Shown here: piece by piece, positions 1 to 9,813 of the stretch
How the letters are laid out: each line of letters starts with the position of its first letter
Numbering within the stretch: position 1 is the first letter of the stretch
Made by a program: the position numbers and the translations under genes
DNA from: an uncultured Clostridia bacterium
GTDB taxonomy: Bacteria > Bacillota > Clostridia > Christensenellales > Borkfalkiaceae
Length of the DNA: 64,000 nt
Assembly (NCBI GenBank): GCA_947175515.1
Contig: CAMWNA010000001.1
Location: 637-64,636 of the forward strand
Direction: 5' to 3'
Notes under the pieces: model-generated
Seen by the model: the letters and a program-made list of their open reading frames with translations, nothing else
The model's database searches: none
Told to the model about the DNA's origin: nothing

Positions 1-93
1 GCAGATTCCGATAATCGCCGAAACGACCGACATATACGTGAGTATAACGCCGTAATGCCAGAAGCCGACCAGTTTTTTACAAGTATTTTTCAT
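1..93 (-). CDS. 5' end of a CDP-alcohol phosphatidyltransferase-like (PssA-like) gene, cut by the window edge
   Basis: Minus-strand ATG at 93..91 opens MKNTCKKLVGFWHYGVILTYMSVVSAIIGIC. This resembles the N-terminal TM segment of phosphatidylserine-synthase-type enzymes. Only 31 codons are visible. Confidence 0.35.
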   Translation of the reverse strand, partial: MKNTCKKLVGFWHYGVILTYMSVVSAIIGIC

Positions 94-118
94 TTTCCTA
101 TTCTCTTTTGAAGGAAAT

Positions 119-1273
119 TTATTTTCCGCTTCCGTTTAAACGCGCTCTTCTTTGCGCCTTCTTTTTCATTCGAATACGCCTTTGCCTTCTTGAGTTCACA
201 CTCTGTAAAGGCAGCGCCGCGGTCTGCGGTTTTTTCCTTCTCATTAAATATACGTGATAACTGAGCGTCATTATTCCGCTGACTATTATGCTGAAGTAAT
301 ACGATACCGTGCGCATAACCATCATTGCAGAAAATATAAACGCGTCGCTGTTATAAATGAGTCTGTAAGTATGCAGGTACAAATATTCGAACGCGCCTAC
401 GCCGCCGGGTACGGGAAGGAACGTATAGCCGACTATTACGAACGACTGAATTACGAAAACGTCCCAAAAAGAAGTATCCGGTTCCGCCGCTATACATATG
501 CAGCAGGAAATTATTACGCGTACCACACGCTGGGCAAGCGTCAGCAAAATCGCGTTCAAAAACAGAAGTCTGTGCTTTCTTATCGTGCGTGCGCAGTTGC
601 GGTACTTTTCAACCTCGTCGGAAACTTTTTTGCGCCATTTGTCGGGGTTCTTTACTATATGCATTTTGGTAAGCAAAGTTATAATACCGTTGCCGAGCTT
701 CAGTACCGCCCTGTTGCAGAACATACACGCAATGAACAGACCCAAAAGCAACGTCTGCACCGCCATTCCGAATATGACGAAAAATTTTACCATCGGCTCG
801 AATCCGGCAAACATTGCAGGGCGGATAATAAACGCCAGTGCGCTCAGAATCAAAAGCGCCGCCGTGTAAGCGATAGCGTTAACCAAAAGCGTAAAGCTGG
901 CCGTACCCGCACCCATTCCGTCCTTTACCATATAGTAAATCGAGGCAGGTTGTCCGCCCGTTGCGGAAGGCGTGATCGCCGAATAATAAATATCCGCCGA
1001 GGAATAAGCGATAGAAGAAACGAGCCTGCCCTTATGCCCGAACTTGCGGCTGATTATATGTATGCACAGCCCCTCGAAGATTATTCCCGCAATCATACAC
1101 AGAACACTTGCGGCAAGCAGCCACGGGTTACTGTTTTTGATAAAGCTGAAAATATCCTTGAAGTTGAGTTCCTTATTGCTCGTCAAAAGGACTGCAAGTG
1201 TAATTCCTACCAACAGCAGCACGAAAGAAATATTCAATATTTGTTTTTTAACGTTCTTAGAAACCTTTTTCAT
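119..1273 (-). CDS. Polytopic membrane protein, lysyl-PG synthase TM-region / UPF0104 (flippase-like) family
   Basis: 384-aa ORF with many hydrophobic helices and a short basic N-terminus. It has a strongly basic C-terminal tail (RRKKP...RRQRRIRMKKKAQRRAR). It is co-oriented with a lipid-synthesis-like gene downstream. Confidence 0.55.
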   Translation of the reverse strand: MKKVSKNVKKQILNISFVLLLVGITLAVLLTSNKELNFKDIFSFIKNSNPWLLAASVLCMIAGIIFEGLCIHIISRKFGHKGRLVSSIAYSSADIYYSAITPSATGGQPASIYYMVKDGMGAGTASFTLLVNAIAYTAALLILSALAFIIRPAMFAGFEPMVKFFVIFGMAVQTLLLGLFIACMFCNRAVLKLGNGIITLLTKMHIVKNPDKWRKKVSDEVEKYRNCARTIRKHRLLFLNAILLTLAQRVVRVIISCCICIAAEPDTSFWDVFVIQSFVIVGYTFLPVPGGVGAFEYLYLHTYRLIYNSDAFIFSAMMVMRTVSYYFSIIVSGIMTLSYHVYLMRRKKPQTAALPLQSVNSRRQRRIRMKKKAQRRARLNGSGK

Positions 1274-1340
1274 GCCGCTTTTCCGTCAAATGGGTTTTTT
1301 TATTATACTATAATCCTATGCGCCCTGTCAACCCGAGAAA

Positions 1341-2255
1341 TTATTGTTGTTTGTCGGCAATATCCAAAATTTCGGAAATTCTGTCCAAATCGTCGCGCGA
1401 ATAGTAATCAATGTAAATTCTGCCCTTCTTGTCCGTTCCTATAAGGCTGACCTTGGTACGGAAGGTAAAACGCATACGCTCGACGAGCTGTTTCAACTCT
1501 ATGGAAGCCAACGCGCGTTTTTTCTTCTTCTTTTCGTCGAGAACCTCGGGAGGAATGCTGTACGCGCGTACCTTCTTTTCAAGCTCGCGTACGGAAGTCT
1601 GGTTTTTGATTGCGTCGTTTGCAAACTCAAGCTGTTGCTGCGCAGGCAAAAGAACTATCGTTCTTGCGTGTCCTGCAGAAAGCTTACCCTCGGCAACGAG
1701 ATTCATAACCTCGGGACTTAAATTCAAAAGCCTTAACGTGTTGGCGATAGCAGGGCGCGATTTGCCTATTCTTTCGGCAAGCTCGTCCTGAGTAAGCTTA
1801 TAATCGTTCATAAGCTGTTTCATTGCCGTCGCCGCTTCTATGGGGTTTAAATCCTCGCGCTGTAAGTTTTCTATTAAGGAAATTTCCTTAATCTGGCGCT
1901 CGGTATAATTGCGGATAACAACGGGTATGGTCTTTAAGTTCGCCAGCTGGCATGCGCGGAAACGGCGCTCGCCGGCAATAATCATATAAGTGCCGTCTTT
2001 ATTGTCGTTTACGACTATCGGCTGAATTACGCCGTGTTCTTTAATGGAATCCGCAAGCTCCTTTAACGCCTGCTGGTCAAAGTTTTTACGCGGCTGGTTG
2101 GGGTTTGCGGAAATTTTTTCAAGCTCCATTTCCGCGGCGTTCGCCCTTTCTTCCTCGGTAAACTCGAATGCGTTGCGGTGCTCGAATACGTTTTCGTACG
2201 CCGCTTCGGTTTCGCCGAACAGCGCGTCAAGCCCCTTGCCTAATCCTTTTGCCAT
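1341..2255 (-). CDS. parB: Chromosome partitioning protein ParB/Spo0J
   Basis: N-terminus MAKGLGKGLDALF, ParB box IIAGERRFRA, HTH LTQDELAERIGKSRPAIANTLRLL; 304 aa; downstream of parA. Confidence 0.95.
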   Translation of the reverse strand: MAKGLGKGLDALFGETEAAYENVFEHRNAFEFTEEERANAAEMELEKISANPNQPRKNFDQQALKELADSIKEHGVIQPIVVNDNKDGTYMIIAGERRFRACQLANLKTIPVVIRNYTERQIKEISLIENLQREDLNPIEAATAMKQLMNDYKLTQDELAERIGKSRPAIANTLRLLNLSPEVMNLVAEGKLSAGHARTIVLLPAQQQLEFANDAIKNQTSVRELEKKVRAYSIPPEVLDEKKKKKRALASIELKQLVERMRFTFRTKVSLIGTDKKGRIYIDYYSRDDLDRISEILDIADKQQ

Positions 2256-2375
2256 ATTTCACCTCTCAAATTTTCTGGAATTTATTTAAACGTATGTTTG
2301 TATTGTATTTGCCTTATTGCTGATTTGTGATGTTAAGTTAATATATAAAGTTACATTGTTATGAGTGGACTTTAT

Positions 2376-3137
2376 TTATTGCTTGGACAAAAATTCCTCG
2401 GTCAACGCCTTGTATGCCCTTGCCCCGATACACTTCGGGTCGTGAAGCATAATGGGCAGTCCGTGACTGGGAGCCTCTGCTAAGCGGACGTTACGGGGAA
2501 TTATAATTTCGTAAAGCTTGTTTTTAAAAAACTTTTTAATTTCGGCGGTTATCTGTTTTGCAATCAAAGCCCTGCCGTCGTACAACGTAATAACAACCCC
2601 CTCTATCTGAAGATTGGGATTCAAATGCTGCTTGACGAGGGAAATGGTATTCATAAGCTGGCTTACGCCCTCCAAAGCAAAATATTCGCTTTGCAGGGGA
2701 ATTATAACCGAATCAGCCGCCACCCAAGCATTTATTGTAAGAAGCCCCAACGACGGCGGACAGTCTATCAATATGTAATCGTAATTTCCGCGAACCTTAT
2801 CAAGAGCATCTTTAAGTATTCTCTCTCTGTTACGTTTATAGACTATGTCTACCTCCGCCCCCGTCAAATCGACGTTCGCAGGTAGCATATCCAAAAGCTT
2901 AACCTTCGTGGGAACGACGTTGTTTGCCACGGGGTCGTCGTCAATCAGAACGTTGTATACCGATTTTTTTAGCAGGCTTTTAGTAAAACCCAAAGCCGTA
3001 GTTGCATTGCCCTGCGAGTCTATATCGACGAGCAGGGTTCTTTTGCCGAAAGCGGCAAGATACGCCGCCATGTTAACGGCGGTAGTCGTTTTACCGACAC
3101 CGCCTTTTTTATTGGTAAATGCTATTATTTTTGCCAT
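2376..3137 (-). CDS. parA: Chromosome partitioning ATPase ParA/Soj
   Basis: Deviant Walker A NKKGGVGKTTT, 253 aa, typical ParA/Soj length and end (ARAYKALTEEF). Confidence 0.95.
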   Translation of the reverse strand: MAKIIAFTNKKGGVGKTTTAVNMAAYLAAFGKRTLLVDIDSQGNATTALGFTKSLLKKSVYNVLIDDDPVANNVVPTKVKLLDMLPANVDLTGAEVDIVYKRNRERILKDALDKVRGNYDYILIDCPPSLGLLTINAWVAADSVIIPLQSEYFALEGVSQLMNTISLVKQHLNPNLQIEGVVITLYDGRALIAKQITAEIKKFFKNKLYEIIIPRNVRLAEAPSHGLPIMLHDPKCIGARAYKALTEEFLSKQ

Positions 3138-3148
3138 TTAATCACCCG

Positions 3149-3164
3149 TGTTCCACGTGGAACA
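3149..3164. promoter_or_regulatory. parS centromere site (perfect palindrome TGTTCCACGTGGAACA)
   Basis: 16-mer matches the Firmicute parS consensus TGTTNCACGTGNAACA. It lies in the 30-bp gap between the ftsH stop and the parA start. Confidence 0.85.
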
Positions 3165-3167
3165 ATC

Positions 3168-5285
3168 TTATCCTTCGTACCTTTTGAAAGCGTTTTCGGA
3201 ATGCTTCTGGTCCTCTTCGTCCATATATTTTATAACTTCTTCTACAGACTTGCCTGCAATAAGCATATCCACTTCTTCGGTATATATCGTTTCCTTTTCG
3301 ATAAGCACACGTGCCATATTGTCAAGCACGCTCCTGTTTTCGGTAAGAAGCTTTCTCGCTCTCTTGTATTCGGTATCGATTATATTACGCATTTCCTCAT
3401 CGATAACCTTTGCGGTTTCTTCAGAGTAAACATTGTGTGTTTCCATATCTTTGCCGAGGAACACCGTCTGCGAGTCCGAACCGTATGCAATAAGCCCCAG
3501 CTTATCACTCATACCCCATTCGGTAACCATCGACTTGGCAATATCCGTAACCTGCTTAATATCGCCGGAAGCTCCCGTGCATACTTCTTTAATTGCAAGC
3601 TCTTCGGCAACCCTGCCGCCGAGTCCCATACAGATTCTGTCAAGAAGGAAGCTTTTAGCCATATGCACGTCGTCGTTGTCGGGACGGATCGAAGTATAAC
3701 CCAAAGCGTTGCCGCGGGGAATTATCGTTACTTCGTGTACGGGATAGAAGTCCTTGCAAAGCTTTGCAATAATTGCGTGACCAGATTCGTGGTAAGCGGT
3801 AATTCTCTTATCGCTTTCGGTAACGACGTGGCTCTTCTTCTGGGGTCCCATTTCCACTTTATTAATAGCTTCATAAAGATCGGCATTGGTTATAAAGTTT
3901 TTGCCTGCCCTCGCCGCAAGTATAGCGGCCTCGTTTAAAACGTTTGCAAGGTCGGCACCGGAGAAGCCTGCGGTCATGCGTGCAACCGTTTTGAAGTTAA
4001 CGTCGGTTGCAACAGGTTTGTTGCGGGCGTGAACCTTTAAAATCTGTTCCCTGCCCTTAACGTCGGGAAGATTAACGTAAATCTGCCTGTCGAATCTGCC
4101 GGGGCGAAGAAGTGCGGGGTCGAGAATGTCGGCACGGTTTGTGGCCGCCATTACTATTACGCCCTCGTTGGACTCGAAGCCGTCCATCTGCACGAGTATT
4201 TGGTTCAAGGTCTGCTCCCTCTCGTCGTTGCCGCCGCCCAAACCTGCTCCGCGGTGTCTGCCCACAGCGTCGATTTCGTCGACGAAGATAATGCAGGGCT
4301 GATTCTTTTTCGCCATATCGAACAAGTCGCGTACACGCGAAGCACCCACGCCAACGTACATTTCAACGAAGTCCGAACCTGAAACCGAGAAGAACGGCAC
4401 GCCGGCCTCGCCTGCAACGGCTTTGGCGAACAGCGTTTTACCCGTTCCCGGAGGACCAACCAAAAGCACGCCCTTGGGAATCCTCGCACCGAGGTCGGAG
4501 AACTTTTTGGGCTGTCTTAAAAATTCTACTATTTCAGCAAGTTCAACCTTTTCTTCCTCGGCACCGGCAACGTCGGTAAAACGCACCTTTATATTAGTGG
4601 AAATGCGTGCCTTGGTTTTAGCAAAGCTCATTACCTTTCCGGCTCCGCCCATCGACGAGCGTATTATAAGGAAGAACACCACGCACACTACCGCGATTAC
4701 CACGAAGTACAGAACCGTGGAAACCCAGCTGCCTGCGTTGGGGTTTGCCTGATCGATTTTTACGCCCCAGCTCTGCCAGAGATTCAAAGTTTCGGAATCC
4801 CAGCTTTCAACGTTATAAGCGGAAGGTCCGTAGCAGTAGTACGATTTTACGTAGTCGCCCTTAGAATTTTTGGTGTAGCCCGTGTACTCGTAGTCCTTGG
4901 TCGAAACCTTCCATATTACAGTCAAGGTTCCCTTTTCGTCATCGGTCACGATAACGCCGTCCTTTACCTTGTACCCTTCAAGAATAATCGGGTCACCCTT
5001 GTCGTCTTTTTCGCTAACGCTTACAATAAACTTCTGCCCTTCTTCATTATCTTTAACATAAACGAAAGGTCTGACTGGTTTTTTCTCTTCGTCAACTTTA
5101 ATTTTAATTTCGTTAGGTTTACCTTCTGAATTGTAGTACTGCGTGTTTTCGACGTAGGTCTGGAAATCCGTTCTGTCGATTTTCTTCGCCCCGCCGTTCA
5201 TCAGGTTGGTTACTAAAACGGCGACCAACGCAATTACGAGAGCAGCGACGATAACACTGGTTATAATTTTACCTTTTTTGCTCAA
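3168..5285 (-). CDS. ftsH: ATP-dependent zinc metalloprotease FtsH
   Basis: Walker A GPPGTGKT, Walker [10 protein letters not shown], Zn motif HESGHA, N-terminal TM plus a long extracytoplasmic domain plus a second TM; 705 aa. Confidence 0.95.
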   Translation of the reverse strand: MSKKGKIITSVIVAALVIALVAVLVTNLMNGGAKKIDRTDFQTYVENTQYYNSEGKPNEIKIKVDEEKKPVRPFVYVKDNEEGQKFIVSVSEKDDKGDPIILEGYKVKDGVIVTDDEKGTLTVIWKVSTKDYEYTGYTKNSKGDYVKSYYCYGPSAYNVESWDSETLNLWQSWGVKIDQANPNAGSWVSTVLYFVVIAVVCVVFFLIIRSSMGGAGKVMSFAKTKARISTNIKVRFTDVAGAEEEKVELAEIVEFLRQPKKFSDLGARIPKGVLLVGPPGTGKTLFAKAVAGEAGVPFFSVSGSDFVEMYVGVGASRVRDLFDMAKKNQPCIIFVDEIDAVGRHRGAGLGGGNDEREQTLNQILVQMDGFESNEGVIVMAATNRADILDPALLRPGRFDRQIYVNLPDVKGREQILKVHARNKPVATDVNFKTVARMTAGFSGADLANVLNEAAILAARAGKNFITNADLYEAINKVEMGPQKKSHVVTESDKRITAYHESGHAIIAKLCKDFYPVHEVTIIPRGNALGYTSIRPDNDDVHMAKSFLLDRICMGLGGRVAEELAIKEVCTGASGDIKQVTDIAKSMVTEWGMSDKLGLIAYGSDSQTVFLGKDMETHNVYSEETAKVIDEEMRNIIDTEYKRARKLLTENRSVLDNMARVLIEKETIYTEEVDMLIAGKSVEEVIKYMDEEDQKHSENAFKRYEG

Positions 5286-5521
5286 AACAAAAACTCCTTA
5301 TTAAAAATAGATTTCGGCTTTCTATGAAAGCCGTATGCAAGTATTTTAACACAATAACGCCCTGTTTACAAGTATTTGGCGTTATAAATTTGCCTTATCA
5401 CTGAAATTTTACAGCCTTTTCACCTTAACCCTGAACGGTCTGTCTGTCAGGAAAACAATGCCTTCCCCACCCTCAAAACCCCGTAAGTGTAGTGCGCTAT
5501 ACCAAAATCGCACAGAATTTA

Positions 5522-5537
5522 CGTTTCACGTGGAACT
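5522..5537. promoter_or_regulatory. Degenerate parS-like site (CGTTTCACGTGGAACT)
   Basis: Matches the parS core TTNCACGTGNAA. Both outermost positions are mismatched. Confidence 0.5.
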
Positions 5538-5564
5538 TTCAACCAAATTTTTTAGGGTAATTAT

Positions 5565-5580
5565 TGTTTCACGTGAAACA
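5565..5580. promoter_or_regulatory. parS centromere site (TGTTTCACGTGAAACA)
   Basis: Perfect palindromic match to the parS consensus, in an ORF-free region upstream of ftsH. Confidence 0.85.
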
Positions 5581-5612
5581 CAAAGCGCGATAAATTGACT
5601 AATCTGAGGAAA

Positions 5613-5621
5613 TGTGGATAA
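5613..5621 (-). promoter_or_regulatory. Consensus DnaA box (TGTGGATAA = reverse complement of TTATCCACA)
   Basis: Exact 9-mer. Weaker relatives are at 5806..5814 (TGTGGAAAT) and 5817..5825 (TGTGGAGCA). Confidence 0.6.
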
Positions 5622-5993
5622 TTTTTGCAAAATTGTGAATTTTGACGTTAAGTCCTTTGATTGACTCGAAAAATAATTTGAATAATCCCTCGTCTTAAAT
5701 TTTGCAAAAAATCATAATTTTGAATAAATTTTAAGCGTTTTTAAGCCCTGCAAATTTATTTTGTGTAGTTTTAAAAATAACTATAAACAACCACACTGTT
5801 TAATTGTGGAAATTTTGTGGAGCATTTTTTTAAAGATTCTCCCAATCTTCTCTTATTTAAAGGCAAAAGAAAAAAGTTACCCACTTTATTTAGTATAGAT
5901 TTTAAGCCGCATAAAAATTACTTTCACAAAACCTAAATCTTTTTATTATATTTATTAAAGATAAGGTCAATAACTTACGCGAGGTTTATTGTT

Positions 5994-6575
5994 ATGGACT
6001 ACTCGTTTAACTTATATAATTCACTGGCGTCGGGCGGAGTTTGCCTTGCACTCAAAAAATCTATTCACGCTACGGGCGAAATGCCCGTTATTTTATGTAT
6101 CGGAAGCGACCTTTCCGTCGGCGACAGCTTAGGACCTGTAACAGGCACTAAATTAAAGGAAAAGCTTTCTGGACTAAACTGCTACGTTTACGGTACGCTT
6201 GCAAAGCCCATTACCGCACACGAAGTAAAGTATATGAACGAATTTTTAAAAGCCACGCATCCGCAAAGTCCGATAATCGCAGTTGACGCCGCTGTTGGGC
6301 TTTCGGGCGACATCGGTCTCATCAAAGTTGCCAAACGCGCAATGAAGCCCGGGAGCGGAGCTAACAAAAAACTGAATAAAGTTGGCGACGTTTCTATTAT
6401 GGGTATAGTTGCCGAGCGTTCCGTATTCAACTACTCTCTTTTTTCTGCAACGCGACTCAATATAATTTATAAGATGTCTGAAATTATTTCCGAAGGCATT
6501 GCAACTTTTATATTTGACAGACTTCAGAACTCAGCCGAACAGGTGAGTGCAGCCGCTTTCAGAAGTTTTTTATAA
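5994..6575 (+). CDS. yyaC: Putative sporulation protein / spore protease YyaC
   Basis: 193 aa with LCIGSDLSVGDSLGPVTGTKL, matching the YyaC/GPR-like motif (GTDRSTGDSLGP). It sits at the origin-proximal position typical of yyaC. Confidence 0.8.
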   Translation: MDYSFNLYNSLASGGVCLALKKSIHATGEMPVILCIGSDLSVGDSLGPVTGTKLKEKLSGLNCYVYGTLAKPITAHEVKYMNEFLKATHPQSPIIAVDAAVGLSGDIGLIKVAKRAMKPGSGANKKLNKVGDVSIMGIVAERSVFNYSLFSATRLNIIYKMSEIISEGIATFIFDRLQNSAEQVSAAAFRSFL

Positions 6576-6586
6576 TCGTTATAGTG

Positions 6587-6630
6587 AAAAAAGCCGCCGC
6601 GGTTAAAATAACCGCGGCGGCTTAAATTTT
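6587..6630. terminator. Bidirectional intrinsic terminator between convergent yyaC and the DUF1273 gene
   Basis: GC-rich hairpin AAGCCGCCGCGGTT-AAAAT-AACCGCGGCGGCTT, flanked by an A-run upstream and AAATTTT downstream. Confidence 0.85.
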
Positions 6631-7096
6631 AAAGCTCTATAATTTTCTTATTCAGTTTCTTAGCATAATTTACGGTGTAAAACGTGCCGCCGCTTTTCTT
6701 TCTCAGAAAACAAACCAGCAAATCACAGCTTTCCGCCAAGTACCTGTCGCGCGCATGCATACAACCTTTATAGTATTCATCGGAAAGTACTAACGTTTCA
6801 TCACATTGCTTTAATAATTTTTCGTACCTTTCCCTGTTCGCAGCGGTAAACGTTTTAGACTGCTCAGGACAGGGCAGACATGCTATCAGCTTTATGTCGT
6901 ATTCTCTTTTATGTTCAATCACGCTTTCGGCGGCGGTAAGATCAAACCCCTGTGCCATTCCGCAATAAAAAATTTCAACGCCGTTTTTAATAAGATTTAA
7001 AACCACTCTGTCCAAAAGTGCGGCGTCAAAGTCGTAGCAGGATAAAACCCTGTGCCCGCTGAATGCGCATTTCTTATAATTAAAACTCTCTGTCAA
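6629..7096 (-). CDS. DUF1273 / YpsA-like SLOG-family protein
   Basis: Core FSGHR...GMAQGFDLTAAE...ACLPC is typical of DUF1273. I place the start at TTG 7096..7094, overlapping the rsmG TGA (TTTGA) behind a GGAAAGGAAAGGA purine tract. The 186-aa ORF-track start would overlap rsmG by ~100 nt. Confidence 0.65.
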   Translation of the reverse strand: MTESFNYKKCAFSGHRVLSCYDFDAALLDRVVLNLIKNGVEIFYCGMAQGFDLTAAESVIEHKREYDIKLIACLPCPEQSKTFTAANRERYEKLLKQCDETLVLSDEYYKGCMHARDRYLAESCDLLVCFLRKKSGGTFYTVNYAKKLNKKIIEL

Positions 7097-7773
7097 AGCG
7101 GATTTTTCCTTTCCTTTCCCTGTCCGCGCGGATATTTTTCGGGCGTGGGCTTTACTTTCCTTATTTTTATAAGCGTTCTCCTGCCGCATTCGGGAAGCTC
7201 GTAGTTCTCAACTTTTTCAATCTCTCCGCCAAGAACCTTGACTGCATTCAAGGCTTCCTTTATTTCTTCTTCGGCTTCACCCTTATAAGCTATAAAGCTG
7301 CCTCCTACTTTTAGAAACGGCAGACAGTATTCGCTTAAAGTGTTCAGTCTGGCGACCGCACGGGCACAGGCAACGTCAAACTTTTCACGCAAATTATTAC
7401 TATGCGCCCCCTCTTCCGCACGGATATTCAACACTTTTACACAATCAAGGGAAAGCTTGTCCACAACTCCGTTCAGAAAACTGCACTTTTTGCCGGTGCT
7501 TTCAATTAAGGTGAACTTTAAATCACCGCGGACAATTTTTAACGGTATGGAAGGGAACCCTCCGCCCGATCCTATTTCTACAACGTCGGCATTTAAAGGA
7601 AATTCAGACTCTCCTGCAAGACTGTCTAAAAAATGCTTGTAAAATATACCTTTTTCGTCACAAATAGCCGTAAGATTATATAAATTATTGCAGCTTAAAA
7701 GCATATTCTTAAAAGACGTAAATTTATCCGAACATTTGTTTTTAATTATATCTGTGTATTTTTCAACGTTCAT
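7093..7773 (-). CDS. rsmG: 16S rRNA (guanine527-N7)-methyltransferase RsmG (GidB)
   Basis: SAM motif VVEIGSGGGFPSIPLKI, ARAVARL, C-terminal KYPRGQGKERKNPL. The start at MNVEKY aligns with B. subtilis GidB length. The upstream extension to 7842 (GTG) would cover DnaA boxes. Confidence 0.9.
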   Translation of the reverse strand: MNVEKYTDIIKNKCSDKFTSFKNMLLSCNNLYNLTAICDEKGIFYKHFLDSLAGESEFPLNADVVEIGSGGGFPSIPLKIVRGDLKFTLIESTGKKCSFLNGVVDKLSLDCVKVLNIRAEEGAHSNNLREKFDVACARAVARLNTLSEYCLPFLKVGGSFIAYKGEAEEEIKEALNAVKVLGGEIEKVENYELPECGRRTLIKIRKVKPTPEKYPRGQGKERKNPL

Positions 7774-7834
7774 ACGGTAAAAGTATATCATATACTTTCG
7801 GGAAAAACAATTTAAATTTATTCCACAGTAATAT

Positions 7835-8140
7835 TTTTCCACAATTCACAAATTCCGGTGGACAAGTCGTTTTTATTAAAAAACTCTCATATATTTCCTT
7901 TTCCGTTAACTTTAAAGCCTATATTCTTTATACCCTTTTCCACAAACAGTCAAGAAAATTATACACTTAATTTTTTATTGTTTTCCACAGGCTTAGCGCT
8001 CGTTTTTGTTGCTTTTTTAATATATTTTTGTTAATATAATAAGGAAAAGAAGTTAAGGGCGCGGTTATTCACATATCCACAGCCCCTAATACTATTTATA
8101 CCATATTAATTTTATAATAAAATAATAAATAAACTTATAC
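7835..8140 (+). other. Putative oriC: co-oriented DnaA-box cluster followed by an AT-rich unwinding stretch
   Basis: Boxes: TTTTCCACA at 7835..7843, 7936..7944 and 7981..7989; TTATTCACA at 8065..8073; ATATCCACA at 8073..8081. These fit TTWTNCACA, except ATATCCACA, which differs from TTATCCACA at position 1. An almost pure A/T run follows at 8088..8140, immediately upstream of dnaN. Coding strand switches here. Confidence 0.7.
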
Positions 8141-8152
8141 AGGGAGAAACGT

Positions 8153-9259
8153 ATGAAAGCAGTTTGTGAAGGTATCGATTTATCGGATGCAGTTTTAAAA
8201 GTAGTAAAGGCGTGCGCGTCAAAGACGACGGTTCCCGTCCTTGAATGTATAAAAATTTCGGCAGTTAACGACACCCTCACCCTTTCGGCTACCGACGGAG
8301 AAATCTCCATACAGAAATCGATTAAAGCTGAAATTTACGAGGAAGGCGACGTTTGCGTTCCCGGCAGGTATTTTTCGGATTTTATAAAAAAGCTTGAAGG
8401 CGTACAGATAACTCTTTCGGCAGACAATAAAAAAATGGATATTAACTATGCCGACAGTCAGACGGATATGCAGATTCTTTCCGCTGAAGATTTCCCCAAA
8501 ATCGATTTGGATATCAAGGAAAACAGCTTCAAGGTAAAAACTGCAGACCTTAAAAAGTTTATATCCTCCACTTCCTTCTGCTGCGCTACTGACGATTCGC
8601 GCCCCATTTTAAAGGGATGCCAGTTTGTAATTTCAGGCGACGACATCTGCGTAACCTCGCTTGACGGCTTCCGTCTTGCAACAGTAAAAGGAAAAGTTGT
8701 TTCTTCCACAGGCGATCTTGAAATTGTATGTCCTGCAAGAACGCTCGTAGAAATTGAAAAAATGATGTCCGACGCCGAGGAGTTTACAGAAGTATTCGTA
8801 CAGCGCGGAATGATTCTCGTTTCCGAAAAGGATACGGTTTTAACTTCCAGACTCTACAACGGGGATTTTATAAAGAAGGAAAACATTATCCCCAAGGACT
8901 TCACAACTCTGGTTACAGTCAATAAGGACGCGTTGAAGGCAAGTATTGAAAGAGCTGCCATTTTAGTAAGAAACGACAAAAATAGCCTGATTATTTTCGA
9001 CGTCAGCGGCGATAAGATAGAAATTTCCTCAAATTCCGATATAGGTAACGTTCAGGAGCCTGTTAAAGCAGTGGTTAACGGTAAGGACGTAAGAATTGCA
9101 ATGAACTCAAAGTTCATAATCGAAGCCGTTAACGCTTTGACCGAGGATGAAATTTTACTTTCCTTCAACAATCAGATACAGCCGTTCACGTGCGAAAATC
9201 TGAAGGACAGGAACGGACTGTACTTAATTTTGCCTGTCAGAACGGCAAATAACGCTTGA
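8153..9259 (+). CDS. dnaN: DNA polymerase III beta sliding clamp
   Basis: 368 aa; the N-terminus MK..C....L..A...V..A...KTT.PVLE.I and the three-domain length are typical of DnaN. Confidence 0.95.
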   Translation: MKAVCEGIDLSDAVLKVVKACASKTTVPVLECIKISAVNDTLTLSATDGEISIQKSIKAEIYEEGDVCVPGRYFSDFIKKLEGVQITLSADNKKMDINYADSQTDMQILSAEDFPKIDLDIKENSFKVKTADLKKFISSTSFCCATDDSRPILKGCQFVISGDDICVTSLDGFRLATVKGKVVSSTGDLEIVCPARTLVEIEKMMSDAEEFTEVFVQRGMILVSEKDTVLTSRLYNGDFIKKENIIPKDFTTLVTVNKDALKASIERAAILVRNDKNSLIIFDVSGDKIEISSNSDIGNVQEPVKAVVNGKDVRIAMNSKFIIEAVNALTEDEILLSFNNQIQPFTCENLKDRNGLYLILPVRTANNA

Positions 9260-9285
9260 CTTTGAGTTTTTATAAATAGTATAAT
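9256..9285 (+). promoter_or_regulatory. Sigma-A-type promoter for rpmH-rnpA-yidD-yidC-jag
   Basis: TTGACT (9256..9261), 18-nt spacer, TATAAT (9280..9285), about 60 nt upstream of rpmH. Confidence 0.55.
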
Positions 9286-9345
9286 AAATACCGCCCAGTT
9301 TTCAGGGCTTAAGTTAAACGATAATTATAAAAAAGGAATAAAAAA

Positions 9346-9480
9346 ATGAAAAGAACTTATCAACCTAAAAAAAGACAGAGAAGCAAAGTTCACGGCTTCA
9401 GAAAAAGAATGGCGACGACCGCCGGCAGAAAGGTGTTGAAAAGAAGAAGAAATAAGGGAAGAAAGAAGCTTTCCGCATAA
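9346..9480 (+). CDS. rpmH: 50S ribosomal protein L34
   Basis: Not in the ORF track (44 aa). Translation: [54 protein letters not shown] upstream. Confidence 0.95.
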   Translation: MKRTYQPKKRQRSKVHGFRKRMATTAGRKVLKRRRNKGRKKLSA

Positions 9481-9483
9481 CCC

Positions 9484-9813
9484 GTGATTTATAGAAGACT
9501 AAAAAAAAACACGGACTTTAAAAAGCTTTTCGGCAGGGGAAAAAGAGTATTTTCTCCCTGTATTACTTTATTGTATTTTCCTTCACGCACGCTGTCTATG
9601 GGAATTGCCGTGTCAAAAAAACACGGTAAAGCCGTTCAGCGTAACAGAATTAAAAGACTTTTAAGGGAATCGTTCAGGGAAACGTGCAAAAACCTTACAA
9701 AACCGTACGATATTATTTTAATTCCGAAGGTTGAGGAAAGCTATTCCTTACTCTCCTTTAAGAACAGTCTTTCAATCTGTTTCAAAAAGGTCAACGAATG
9801 GCAAAAAAACTGA
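9484..9813 (+). CDS. rnpA: Ribonuclease P protein component
   Basis: 109 aa, GTG start 4 nt after rpmH, basic, motif [18 protein letters not shown]. Confidence 0.9.
   Translation: MIYRRLKKNTDFKKLFGRGKRVFSPCITLLYFPSRTLSMGIAVSKKHGKAVQRNRIKRLLRESFRETCKNLTKPYDIILIPKVEESYSLLSFKNSLSICFKKVNEWQKN

Noticed and set aside
254-1444. 396-aa plus-strand ORF, with nested ORFs at 498..869 and 1044..1313, opposite the UPF0104 membrane-protein gene
   Set aside because: This is a shadow ORF. The translation is low-complexity and Arg/Tyr/His-rich with no motifs. It spans the intergenic gap and runs into parB antisense. The minus-strand gene has a coherent TM-helix pattern.
3201-4752. Several plus-strand ORFs (3201..3938, 3433..3699, 4200..4382, 4423..4752) and a minus-strand out-of-frame ORF (4205..4489) inside ftsH
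   Set aside because: All overlap the unmistakable FtsH frame (Walker, SRH and HExxH motifs). They are frame artefacts of a moderately GC-rich gene.
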